From: an uncultured Dehalococcoidia bacterium
GTDB lineage: Bacteria; Chloroflexota; Dehalococcoidia; SZUA-161; SpSt-899
NCBI GenBank assembly: GCA_964634125.1
Contig: CAZWIP010000001.1
Coordinates: 1 to 59,979, forward strand
Length of the DNA stretch: 59,979 nucleotides
Reading direction: 5' to 3'
Of the stretch, positions 46,330 through 55,708 are shown in pieces (the first letter of the stretch is position 1; every line of letters starts with the position of its first letter). A program made the translations under genes and the position numbers. The notes beneath the pieces were generated by a model. That model saw only the letters and a program-made list of their open reading frames with translations. It was not told the DNA's origin and did not search any database.

Positions 46330-47139
46330 TTATTTGGCGGTTTGCCCTGCCAAATACTTCTTAAAAGCCTTTGGATCAAGAGCTGCATCCATATATGCTT
46401 TGATTGTTCTATTGCCCGCATCAAGATAGTTCGGGAAAAGAGTGCCCGGTCGCGCACCGTTGGGCATTTCCACAACACCGGTTACCCATGGCGTAAGGAC
46501 TTTTATTTTGTCCATTTCTTTCTGAAGGTCATACCGGGGAACGATCTCCTCAGCACTCACAAATACTTTGTCAGCAGCTCTAATCATAATATGATCCCAA
46601 AGCCGATCACCTTCAATTGTTGCATATCCTTCCTGGCTGGCCTTGTTAGCATGAATCAAAGCAACATCGGCACGAAGCGCCGGCATAGCTACCAGCTTCT
46701 CACCGGTATATGGAGCCTTGAATGTCTTGATTTCGGGATTTGCCGCGAGAATATCAGTGCCTAATCCTGATCGAGTTGGATAGAAAGGGATTCTTTCTGA
46801 CGCAGCTTTCAGACCTGCGATGAGCATGTACTCCGAAAGCTCCATGTACTCAATCTTCCCGTTCTTTCTGGCGTTATCGTACGCTACTGCTCGGCCTTCA
46901 CCACCTTCGAACGCAACGAAGCCAGTGATCGCCTTTTTGACCTTCCCTGCTGCAATCAGCATGTCTAAATCCATACCAGCGAGCGCTATTATTGTCAGGT
47001 CCTTTAGATTAGACTGGGCGATTGCTCTGACGATTCCTAGGGGTTTACGTACCAATCCCCATCCACCGATGACAATAGTGTCACCATTCTTTATCTGTTT
47101 CACCACTTGGTCCACTGTCATTTGCTTGTTTACAGCCAC
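46330..47139 (-). CDS. CoA-transferase subunit A (GctA / 3-oxoacid CoA-transferase A-like)
   Basis: A GTG start follows AGGAGGA. The N-terminal block IKNGDTIVIGGWG is typical of subunit A. Confidence 0.85.
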   Translation of the reverse strand: MAVNKQMTVDQVVKQIKNGDTIVIGGWGLVRKPLGIVRAIAQSNLKDLTIIALAGMDLDMLIAAGKVKKAITGFVAFEGGEGRAVAYDNARKNGKIEYMELSEYMLIAGLKAASERIPFYPTRSGLGTDILAANPEIKTFKAPYTGEKLVAMPALRADVALIHANKASQEGYATIEGDRLWDHIMIRAADKVFVSAEEIVPRYDLQKEMDKIKVLTPWVTGVVEMPNGARPGTLFPNYLDAGNRTIKAYMDAALDPKAFKKYLAGQTAK

Positions 47140-47160
47140 GTATCTTTCCTCCTGAAATAC

Positions 47161-48030
47161 TTATATATATTTAAAAAACCCTTCCCCAGCTCTTATACCC
47201 AATTGCCCAGCATCAACCAACTGAGCTAAAAGAGGTGAAGGGGAGTATTTGGGATCTTTATATGCAATATGCAAATTGCGTAACAATGCCATGCAATTAT
47301 CTAAACCAATGAAGTCAGCAGATTCAAGGATACTTAAGGCATTCGGAGCGATGGTTCGATTGAGTTTTTTTAAGGACTCTGGTTCAACCAATTTGTTAAA
47401 AACATTGTTGGCTGCTTCATTGAGATGAACCATCCAAATTCTCGTACTCAAAAGACCCGGTATATCCTCAGAATTCACTACTTCCATGCCCAGTTTCGCA
47501 ACAAGTGCCTCAACTGTAGAAAACGTTTCGTCTGACGTGCGTACTCCTCGCGCTAGTTCCACAACCTTCATTACTGGTGAAAAGTAGATGAAATGCATAC
47601 CGATGACCTGTTCAGGACGGTTGGTAGCACTAGCAAGGCTCGTAATAGTGATAGTTGAGGTATTTGTAGCAAGAATCACGTCTGATGCGCAAATCTCATC
47701 AAGAGCGCTCAGTGTCTTTCTCTTCAGGCTCTCATCCTCAAAAACCGATTCGATTACCAAATTGACATGTTTAGCGTCGTTAAGTTCAGTGGTTGTTTGT
47801 ATACTGCCCAATGCTGTATCAACTTGCGCTGCGCTTAGTTCACCTTTGGCAACATCATTTTCCAAGAGTTTCTTTATTTCAGCAATTGCCTTTTCACAAG
47901 CCGCATGGTCATCACACTTGAGCACTGCGTTTAAACCAGCACAGGCTGCGGATTTAGTAATGGCACTGGCAACTTCAATTGTCTGATAAGAGCTGACTAC
48001 AAAAACCTTGTTCGCTTCCAAGTGCCACAA
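47161..48030 (-). CDS. 3-hydroxyacyl-CoA dehydrogenase-like protein with degenerate NAD(P)-binding motif
   Basis: It is homologous to 44352-45206 (GMHFIYFSPVMKVVELARG and the C-terminal domain). The GxGxxG position reads VVSSYQTIE. The start is uncertain, a TTG at 48030 with no convincing SD. Confidence 0.65.
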   Translation of the reverse strand: MWHLEANKVFVVSSYQTIEVASAITKSAACAGLNAVLKCDDHAACEKAIAEIKKLLENDVAKGELSAAQVDTALGSIQTTTELNDAKHVNLVIESVFEDESLKRKTLSALDEICASDVILATNTSTITITSLASATNRPEQVIGMHFIYFSPVMKVVELARGVRTSDETFSTVEALVAKLGMEVVNSEDIPGLLSTRIWMVHLNEAANNVFNKLVEPESLKKLNRTIAPNALSILESADFIGLDNCMALLRNLHIAYKDPKYSPSPLLAQLVDAGQLGIRAGEGFFKYI

Positions 48031-48197
48031 CCTTCTTTTCTAAATGCAAATTACCTTGTCCATTATAATATAAGGCATTCTCGACAGTCAACACGCATAG
48101 AGAACAGGGATAGCATTACACAATAAGCCGCCCCGCAAATTGCTGCATGGCGGCTCTCCTTCATTGTCGGAACTGTGCCTCAAGTACAATCACCACT

Positions 48198-48608
48198 TTA
48201 ATTCTCAAACTCGTATGTAAGCTTTTCTTCACTCAATTGTTGTGGTACCGGCCTGAGTTCCATACCAGCCTTGATACTGTTAGGATCGATCTTTTTACTG
48301 ATTTTTGCCAGCACCCTTACCCCTTCAGGAAAATCCACAATTCCCAATGTATATGGTTGTACCTCTTCAAAACCGGAAGGTCCGAAGTTTACCGTGGAGT
48401 GAGTGACGAGCTTGCCAGGGCCCTTGATTTCAAACCACTCGATCTCACTGTCAAAGCACTTGGCACAGTCCATCCGCGGAGGGAAGTATTTCTTGCCACA
48501 CTTCTTGCACTCAGTACCCATGAGTTTACCCTCTGATAAGTAATCAACAAAGGCAACAGATTTGGCTTCCTTGGTGAAATTTACAACTCCAAAATTCCCG
48601 AAATCCAT
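48198..48608 (-). CDS. DUF35 protein (zinc-ribbon + OB-fold), stand-alone
   Basis: The Cys4 ribbon CKKCGKKYFPPRMDCAKC is followed by an OB-fold. It lies immediately downstream of a thiolase gene (stop TAG, 3 nt, then ATG). Confidence 0.85.
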   Translation of the reverse strand: MDFGNFGVVNFTKEAKSVAFVDYLSEGKLMGTECKKCGKKYFPPRMDCAKCFDSEIEWFEIKGPGKLVTHSTVNFGPSGFEEVQPYTLGIVDFPEGVRVLAKISKKIDPNSIKAGMELRPVPQQLSEEKLTYEFEN

Positions 48609-48611
48609 TTT

Positions 48612-49769
48612 CTACTCCCTTCCGAAGATGATGACGTTGGCATAAGTACCCACGCCACCGACGTTATGAACCAAACCGATCTTAGCATTTTCGACCTGAG
48701 CATCACCGCATTCACCACGAAGCTGTTTCACGATAGTGCGAACCTGCGATCCACCAGTACCGCCAATGGGATGCCCCTTGGAAAGCAACCCGCCATCAAC
48801 GTTCACTGGAATGCGCCCTGTATGATACGTAGCTTCTTCATCGATAAGCTTGCCACCCTCGCCGGTTTTGGCAAATCCCAGATCTTCGTAAGCCAGAATT
48901 TCCGAAATAGTAAAACAATCATGGACTTCGGCTACATTGATGTCCTCAGGACCTACACCCGCCATTTCATATGCCGCCTTTGCAGCATTTCGGACACTAT
49001 CGAAATTAGTAAGTGAAGCACGGCTGCTCCAGTTGAGTTCCGAAGTCGCCATACCCACGCCTTGAATCCATATAGGTTTATCGGTATATTTCTTGGCCAC
49101 ATCAGCACTCGCCAGAATAACCGCGGAAGCGCCATCGCAGTTCGCGCAACAATCGAACTTCTTTATCGGGCTGCAAACCATATCTGCATTCAGACATGTT
49201 TCAAGGTCCAGGCGTTTCTTGTAATTTGCCAGTTCATTCTGTGATCCGTAAAAGGAATTCTTCACTCGTATCTTGGCAAGCTGTTCTTCAGTTGTGCCGT
49301 AGGCATCCATATGTGCCTGAGCATATAGCGCGTGACCGCCCGGCATGGTAGTTCCAAAAGGCGAACTGAATATGGTATCGTCACCACGGCCCATCACCTG
49401 CGCCGCTGTACGTGAATCCAACTCAGACATTTTCTGGAACCCGACCATTACCACAATATCGTGGAGGCCTGATTTGATCAACGCGTATCCCACCCTAATC
49501 CCGGTGGTTCCGGAAGAACATACGGTTTCCAAGTAGAATGTGGGGCTGGGCGGAAAGCCTAGATACTCTGATACGAGGGCCGCTGGAGTTCGCTGCTTGT
49601 CATATTCCGGAGCCGAAGCTATGATCGACGCATCAACATCCTTCGGATCAATATTGATACTTTTCGCCGCATCTTTGTACGCTTCGAAGCAGAGTTCACG
49701 GATAGACATGCCGCAACTACGGGTAAATGGTGTCTGTCCAGCAGCAATTACAGCTACTTCTTTGTTCAA
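48612..49769 (-). CDS. SCP-x-type thiolase
   Basis: A TTG start follows AGGAGG. LETVCSSGTTG (nucleophile Cys), EVHDCFT and GHPIGGTG blocks are present. Confidence 0.9.
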   Translation of the reverse strand: MNKEVAVIAAGQTPFTRSCGMSIRELCFEAYKDAAKSINIDPKDVDASIIASAPEYDKQRTPAALVSEYLGFPPSPTFYLETVCSSGTTGIRVGYALIKSGLHDIVVMVGFQKMSELDSRTAAQVMGRGDDTIFSSPFGTTMPGGHALYAQAHMDAYGTTEEQLAKIRVKNSFYGSQNELANYKKRLDLETCLNADMVCSPIKKFDCCANCDGASAVILASADVAKKYTDKPIWIQGVGMATSELNWSSRASLTNFDSVRNAAKAAYEMAGVGPEDINVAEVHDCFTISEILAYEDLGFAKTGEGGKLIDEEATYHTGRIPVNVDGGLLSKGHPIGGTGGSQVRTIVKQLRGECGDAQVENAKIGLVHNVGGVGTYANVIIFGRE

Positions 49770-49901
49770 AGGTTTACCTCCTGTATTTGATTTCTAATAC
49801 AATTTCAAACTCGGTCCATTTTACCGTACAACCTTACTATTTTAGCAAAAACCGCCCCAACATGCACTTCCTATCCATATATAGTCCATAAGTACTTACA
49901 G

Positions 49902-49930
49902 TTGACAGGACTATAGTCCCATGCTAGAAT
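49902..49930 (+). promoter_or_regulatory. near-consensus sigma70 promoter with palindromic operator candidate in the spacer
   Basis: TTGACA (49902-49907), a 17-nt spacer, then TAGAAT (49925-49930). The spacer contains the perfect 12-bp palindrome GGACTATAGTCC (49908-49919). Confidence 0.55.
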
Positions 49931-49936
49931 GACTCA

Positions 49937-50133
49937 CCCATTGCCCCCAAGGGCAGAGTATTACACCTAAACAATCGAATAAATGGTGTGCACGGTAAGG
50001 TAAATTCTCCGAAAGGTTACGACGCAGTACCAGCAAACAAGTCCAAAGCCGCACACGTTAGGAAAGCCAGGTTAGCGATTGCGACTTTGATTCGATTGCG
50101 CCTTTGGGCTGATTTGCCCAAAAGGCGTTTTTT
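49937..50133 (+). ncRNA. candidate small RNA or cis-regulatory leader of unknown class
   Basis: The unit is bracketed by the promoter above and an intrinsic terminator at 50100-50133. The longest ORF in it is 6 codons. Predicted local helices include TGCCC/GGGCA and GTGTGC..GCACAC. I cannot assign it to a known family. Confidence 0.4.
50100..50133 (+). terminator. rho-independent terminator
   Basis: GCCTTTGGGC pairs with GCCCAAAAGGC (one bulge) around the loop TGATTT. The run GTTTTTT follows. Confidence 0.7.
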
Positions 50134-50248
50134 GTTATATAGTCCGTCCTAAGATACAGATATATCAATATCAACCACTCCATAATCAACCGAGACAAGG
50201 ATAAGACAACTCACATTCAAAATTATGAATTCCGGGAAATATGATTAA

Positions 50249-53200
50249 ATGGATAAACAACTACACGATCTGATCGACATTATCCAATTCACTGAGAACG
50301 TTACGGCAAAGATTCATAGTTTACGTGATAGAACGGAAATATTCAAGGTTGTTGTTGAGGAATTCAGGTACTCGGGACGGTTTGTTGCCACCATTTTATT
50401 GCTGACCGAAGATGGATCATCGCTCAAACTTTCAGATACTTCGCTTTCATCACACAACCTCAAAGCAATGGAGAAAGCCGGCGGATTGTTCAAAGAACAC
50501 TACCGGATGGATTTACAGAAATCGAATATCTTCAAACAAGTAGCAAAAGACGGAGAAACAACCATTGCGAACGGACCCGAAATTCTCAGCGAATTATTCC
50601 CACGGCCACTCGTCTCAGTAATTGTAAAAGTCATGGGATTAGGTAACCAGCCCTCTATTTTAACTCCTCTGTATCAGCGTAAAAATATTATTGGTGTACT
50701 TTCATTGAGTGCCCCCGAACACGTTGACTACTTCACCGCCTCCGTGAAGATCCTGTCTCACCACATTGCCATTGCTCTGGAACTTGCTGATGAGTATGAT
50801 GAACGCAAACAAGCAGAGAACGCACTTCGAGACAGTGAAGAGAAGTACCGGACTTTGGTGGAACAGTCACTGCAAGGACACCTTATTCTCCAGGATGGTC
50901 GCATCGTATTTACTAATCAGTCTTTTGCGACTATTTCGGGATACTCAATAGAGGAACTCCTGGCCTTCAGTCCTCAGCATGTAGGAGAAATGGTTCACAC
51001 CGAAGATCGATCGTGGGTTTCCGAGCGTTTCCAAGATAGAATGACAGGAAAGACGGTCCCCCTGCAATATGAGTATCGACTTCTTCGAAAAGACGGTATA
51101 GTTTGCTGGGTTGAGACAAATACAGACAGAATCAATTTCTCAGGGAAGATTGCAATGCAAGCCACCTTCCTTGACATCACTGAACGCAAGCAAGCAGAGG
51201 AAGAAACCAAAAAACTCAATGTTGAGTTAATGGAAGCAAACACAATCCTTGAAGAGGAAATTACAGACCGTAAACAAGCCGAGGAAGCCCTCAAACAAAG
51301 TGAAGTGCGTTTTCGCACTTTGCTTGAAAATGCTTCGGATGGTGTAGCCATTGTCGATGGGTACGGGACAGTGGCATATACATCCCCCTCTAATGACAGG
51401 GTACTTGGTTTTGAATCAGGTGAATCAGGAGCTGTAACTTTGTTCGACCAGATTCACCCCGATGATCGAGAGAGACTTGCCAAAGATTTTTCAAGGATAC
51501 TAAAAGAACCACAAGAAAAAACCACTTCAAACTATCGTGCTCTTCACAAGAATGGCCAATGGCGCATGATTGAAGCCACCGGCCAAAACCTGCTCGATGA
51601 TCCCATCATCCAGGGAATAGTTGTAAGCTTCAGAGATGTCACCGAAAGTATACAAGCCGAGGAGGCATTGAAAGAAAGCGAGGAGAAATTCAGGAACATC
51701 TTTGATAGCGCCAACGACGAAATTATATATATTGACGAATCAGGCATAGTTCTTGATGTAAACGATAGGGTAAACGATATTTTTGGTTATTCGCGAGAGG
51801 AATTGGTTGGGAAAAATTTTGCCGATTTCAACTTCATAAGTGCTGAAGGTATGGAATTCCTAGCTACTCAATTTTCCGAAGCAATCAGCGGCGGTTCCAT
51901 TCCGCTGACTGAAGTCGATATCGAGCGCAAAGACGGGACTACAGTTTCTGTTGAGTTAAGTGTAAGAATGGTCCAGGTTTCCTCTGAGTCACATGGCCTT
52001 CTCATCATCGTTAGAGACATCACTGAACGCAAGAATGCTGAGGAAGAAACTAAAAAACTCAATGTACAGCTTATGGAAGCGAATGTAGTTCTAGAAGAGG
52101 AAATCAGCGAACGCAAACAGGCCGAGGCGGCGCTGAGATATCGCGAGGAGCGTTTCCGCTCCATGATTGAGAACGCTGATGACGCCATTACTTTAGTGGA
52201 TATTGAAGGTATTATCCAATACGCAAGTCCATCGCTCGAACGCTTCGCTGGATATAAGCCCCAAACATTGATTGGAACCCCCTTTAGAGAATATATGCAC
52301 CCAGACGATTTCCATGCTATGGAGAGTAATCTTACCAAAATCATCAGCAGCCCTGGACATGCTGAGTCTATTGTTATGCGGCTCAAACGCAGCGACGGCT
52401 CATATTGCTGGGTAGAGGGAGTTGGCAAGAACTTCCTCGAATATCCGCAGGTGAATGCTATCGTCTGCAACTACAGGGACATCACAGAGCGTAAACAGGC
52501 AGAGGAAGCACTCCAGAACTCAGAGGCTCACTGGCGATCCCTGGTTGAGAACGCACCTAATATCATTATGTCCGTAGATAAAAATGGCACCATTTGGTCC
52601 ATCAATCGTATTGTTCCAGGACTTACTTCAGAACAGGTAATTGGTGATAAAATATACGATTTCATAGATTCGGAATTCGATAGCACGGTCCGCCAAATCA
52701 TCAAACAGGTATTCAAAACCGGCAAACCCGGGGCTTACGAGGCAAAAGGAACCGGACCGGATGGCAGTGTTTCATGGTATGAAAGTCAAGTCGGACCTGT
52801 AGAGCAGGATGGAGAGGTCATTGCCCTCACTTTGATTACCACCGATATTACCGATAGAAAGAACTCGGAAGAAGAGATACTCCTGCGTAACCGTGAACTG
52901 GCTGCTTTAAATGATATTGCTCAAACAATAAGTCAATCGTTAGATTTGGATGTGATTCTTAACAACGCTTTCAATAAAACTACGGAGATTTTGAACATAA
53001 AGAATGGTAGCGTCCACATAGTAGACAGAGAAGAAGAACTGTTGATAATGCGGGTTTCAGCTGAGCCAATAGACGAAGACCTGGAGAAATTCCGCGTCAT
53101 AAAAATGGGAGAGGGTCATATAGGGATAACAGCAAAGTCGGGCGAACCTTTATTTATTGAAGCACTTGATCGGGCAGTAGATTTGTTGCTCAACGGTGGC

Positions 53201-54136
53201 CCCGAAGTGATTTCAAAACGTCGACTCGGATCAGCTATGTTTATTCCCCTCAAAACAAAAGGGAATGTATTAGGAGTTATGGCTGTTTTTACAGGAGAGA
53301 AGCGGGTATTCACTTCAGATGAAAGAGAGCTTCTAATTACCATCGGGCATCAAATCGGTACCGCTATCGAAAACACTCAGCTCCTTGAAGAAGTATCTCG
53401 TACCGAAGCATTGGAGGAACTCGATAAGTTAAGAACCGCGCTTCTTGCCAGCGTATCACATGAATTGCGCACACCGCTAACTTCCATCAAAGGTCTTGCC
53501 AGTACGCTTACTCAACCGGATATCGAGTGGGACACCGAGACCCAGCAAGACTTCCTTAAAATCATTGACCGGGAATCAGACATATTAACTCACATCGTCG
53601 AGGATTTGATGCAAATGTCACAGATGGAAGCTGGAATAATGAGCATGGAGAAGACTCAAAGTAATATCACTTTTATTGTAAACCAGCTTGTCGACAAACT
53701 TAATGGCCTAACAATAGCCCATGAATTTGAAATCGAAATACCGGCCGAAACAGCACTAATTTACGCTGACGAGATACGCATCGGAGAAGTTATCACCAAC
53801 CTGGTGGCCAACGCTGCCTCTTATTCTGAGGAAGGCACACCGATTATTTTGAGAACCGACCAAACAGATGGGCATATAATAGTCAGCGTCACCGATCAGG
53901 GTATCGGTATTCCACCCGAACACGTTGACAAAGTTTTCGATCGGTTTTATAGACTGGAGAGTGGTGTAGCTCGCAGAAGGGGAGGTACCGGACTCGGATT
54001 ATCAATTTGCAAAGGTATTGTGGAAAGCCATGATGGTAGTATCTGGGTAAAGAGCACCCCTGATAAGGGTTCAACGTTCAGTTTCAGTCTACCTATTGCT
54101 GACAATTCTAAAATGACATCTACCGAACGGACATAA
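50249..54136 (+). CDS. multi-domain sensor histidine kinase (GAF - 5x PAS - GAF - HisKA - HATPase_c), no TM segment
   Basis: The H-box is SHELRTPLTSI and the G2 box is GTGLGLSICKGIV. Five PAS units are each preceded by an (I/V)T(E/D)RK.AE-type linker. N-terminal and pre-HisKA GAF-like regions are present. 1295 aa. Confidence 0.9.
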   Translation: MDKQLHDLIDIIQFTENVTAKIHSLRDRTEIFKVVVEEFRYSGRFVATILLLTEDGSSLKLSDTSLSSHNLKAMEKAGGLFKEHYRMDLQKSNIFKQVAKDGETTIANGPEILSELFPRPLVSVIVKVMGLGNQPSILTPLYQRKNIIGVLSLSAPEHVDYFTASVKILSHHIAIALELADEYDERKQAENALRDSEEKYRTLVEQSLQGHLILQDGRIVFTNQSFATISGYSIEELLAFSPQHVGEMVHTEDRSWVSERFQDRMTGKTVPLQYEYRLLRKDGIVCWVETNTDRINFSGKIAMQATFLDITERKQAEEETKKLNVELMEANTILEEEITDRKQAEEALKQSEVRFRTLLENASDGVAIVDGYGTVAYTSPSNDRVLGFESGESGAVTLFDQIHPDDRERLAKDFSRILKEPQEKTTSNYRALHKNGQWRMIEATGQNLLDDPIIQGIVVSFRDVTESIQAEEALKESEEKFRNIFDSANDEIIYIDESGIVLDVNDRVNDIFGYSREELVGKNFADFNFISAEGMEFLATQFSEAISGGSIPLTEVDIERKDGTTVSVELSVRMVQVSSESHGLLIIVRDITERKNAEEETKKLNVQLMEANVVLEEEISERKQAEAALRYREERFRSMIENADDAITLVDIEGIIQYASPSLERFAGYKPQTLIGTPFREYMHPDDFHAMESNLTKIISSPGHAESIVMRLKRSDGSYCWVEGVGKNFLEYPQVNAIVCNYRDITERKQAEEALQNSEAHWRSLVENAPNIIMSVDKNGTIWSINRIVPGLTSEQVIGDKIYDFIDSEFDSTVRQIIKQVFKTGKPGAYEAKGTGPDGSVSWYESQVGPVEQDGEVIALTLITTDITDRKNSEEEILLRNRELAALNDIAQTISQSLDLDVILNNAFNKTTEILNIKNGSVHIVDREEELLIMRVSAEPIDEDLEKFRVIKMGEGHIGITAKSGEPLFIEALDRAVDLLLNGGPEVISKRRLGSAMFIPLKTKGNVLGVMAVFTGEKRVFTSDERELLITIGHQIGTAIENTQLLEEVSRTEALEELDKLRTALLASVSHELRTPLTSIKGLASTLTQPDIEWDTETQQDFLKIIDRESDILTHIVEDLMQMSQMEAGIMSMEKTQSNITFIVNQLVDKLNGLTIAHEFEIEIPAETALIYADEIRIGEVITNLVANAASYSEEGTPIILRTDQTDGHIIVSVTDQGIGIPPEHVDKVFDRFYRLESGVARRRGGTGLGLSICKGIVESHDGSIWVKSTPDKGSTFSFSLPIADNSKMTSTERT

Positions 54137-54236
54137 CAATAGTGCACACGTGATGCTTGATTTGCCTGTATGAAGTGAAAATACGTTCAGAGCAGCTTTG
54201 CTGTGCATAACGTGGAGCTGCGGAAGGAGAATCACA

Positions 54237-55649
54237 ATGGCATCGATTTGTTTCGTCGGACCGTACCCACCTATCATGTGTGGAATTGCCACCTACACCA
54301 GCTACCTGACAAATGGCAGTCCTGATGGGAAGTGGGGAATGTTATCCTTTGATTTAACAACATACGGAGCACCCCTGACAGACGATGCAAAAGGTGACCA
54401 CATCTGGTATGGAATCCCAAGCCGTAATGACTTTTCCTCATCACACATCATGAACGGGTTGAACCAACTCAACCTATCCACCACTGAAACTGTCCTTTGG
54501 TTCCAACATGAAACAGCTATTTGGGATCCGCCACAGAAGTTCATTACAGTTCTCAAGCAACTAAATATGCCCAAAGTGGTTTCATTTCATACTCTTCACT
54601 TTCAGAGTGATGAAACTCCCAGCGGATTGCGCCAGTATCAATACGACCTGCTCGAAGGTCTATTGCCCTGTGTTGATGCCATAACCGTATTTACTTACGG
54701 TGTTTACAGAGCTGTTATTTCAGCATTTCCTGAATACTATGCCAAAATATTTGTAACTAAACACGGCATACATGCGTACCCTGAAATCAGAAGAATGAGC
54801 CGAAAAGACTCCAGAGAGAAGCTCCTCGACTTCCTGCTCTATGAATCAGATCTCGATCAGTCAACAAAAAAATCTTTACACAAGCACCAGGTTCTCCTGG
54901 ACCCAAATGCGATAATTATTGGTCAAACTGGTTTTTTATGTCCACTTAAATCTTCCGAATCACTCCATTATGTAAGAGACAAACTGCAAGAGCTAATCCC
55001 GAATAAAAGAATCGTAGCCATGCGCATCGGAATGGCAAGGGAAGAAACCCAACAAGCTTATGCCCGCCAGCTTCGAGCTGTTTTGAACAATGCAGATTCA
55101 TTACTCATCGAAACCTGGCTTCCTCCGGATATCCTTCCTCTAGCCCAGAGAGCCTTTGATATCAATTTCTACTGGCCCGAAGATTGCACTCAAAGCGGTG
55201 TTGTGGCACATGCTCTTGGGGCAGGGGCAGTTGTTGCAGGTCGTGATCTTGAGGGGGTGGGTGAAACCCTTAGAGAGGCTGGACAGATCGCAGACACAGA
55301 TATCAACAACTTGATAATGAAGATAAAACATCTTGTACTCGATTCAGACCTTCGAGAAAAAACAGAAGAAAAAGCATTGAGTTACGCTGAAGAGTTCTCT
55401 TGGGAAAAGCAAGCCTCGAGACACTATGAACTTGCCGAACCTATTGTCCGTACCACACCTCTGTGGGAAAAAACTCGAATGCCTTCTGCGATCAATTCCA
55501 TAGCTGCATCAGTGGCTCGCCAAGCAAACCAGGATCTGCCAGTTCATAGCCAACAACTCCCCAAAGATACCAGGCCACCGATCAGCAAGACAAAGAAACG
55601 GTTTAATCCAAAATCCCAAAGTGAATTATCGATTGATGATACACCTTAA
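54237..55649 (+). CDS. GT-B fold glycosyltransferase, GT4-like
   Basis: The N-terminus MASICFVGPYPPIMCGIATYT is typical of GT4 enzymes, and a C-terminal nucleotide-sugar-binding half is present. I chose ATG 54237, preceded by GGAAGGAGA. Confidence 0.8.
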   Translation: MASICFVGPYPPIMCGIATYTSYLTNGSPDGKWGMLSFDLTTYGAPLTDDAKGDHIWYGIPSRNDFSSSHIMNGLNQLNLSTTETVLWFQHETAIWDPPQKFITVLKQLNMPKVVSFHTLHFQSDETPSGLRQYQYDLLEGLLPCVDAITVFTYGVYRAVISAFPEYYAKIFVTKHGIHAYPEIRRMSRKDSREKLLDFLLYESDLDQSTKKSLHKHQVLLDPNAIIIGQTGFLCPLKSSESLHYVRDKLQELIPNKRIVAMRIGMAREETQQAYARQLRAVLNNADSLLIETWLPPDILPLAQRAFDINFYWPEDCTQSGVVAHALGAGAVVAGRDLEGVGETLREAGQIADTDINNLIMKIKHLVLDSDLREKTEEKALSYAEEFSWEKQASRHYELAEPIVRTTPLWEKTRMPSAINSIAASVARQANQDLPVHSQQLPKDTRPPISKTKKRFNPKSQSELSIDDTP

Positions 55650-55708
55650 GAAATCGTATTTGTCTTAGTTAAATATTTGCCATAATTTCCGTTTGAAGGA
55701 GATCGTAA

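Noticed and set aside
49981-50060. Possible c-di-GMP-I (GEMM-I) riboswitch because of GGTAAA...CCGAAAGG...ACGACGCAG
   Set aside because: The highly conserved ACGCAAAGC core is not matched (ACGCAGTACC), and the flanking helices with a GNRA tetraloop do not pair convincingly. I therefore left it as an unclassified RNA.
51176-52140. Direct DNA repeat inside the kinase gene, considered as a possible mobile or slippage repeat
   Set aside because: Both copies are in frame and encode equivalent PAS-linker segments. This is an intragenic domain duplication, not an independent repeat element.
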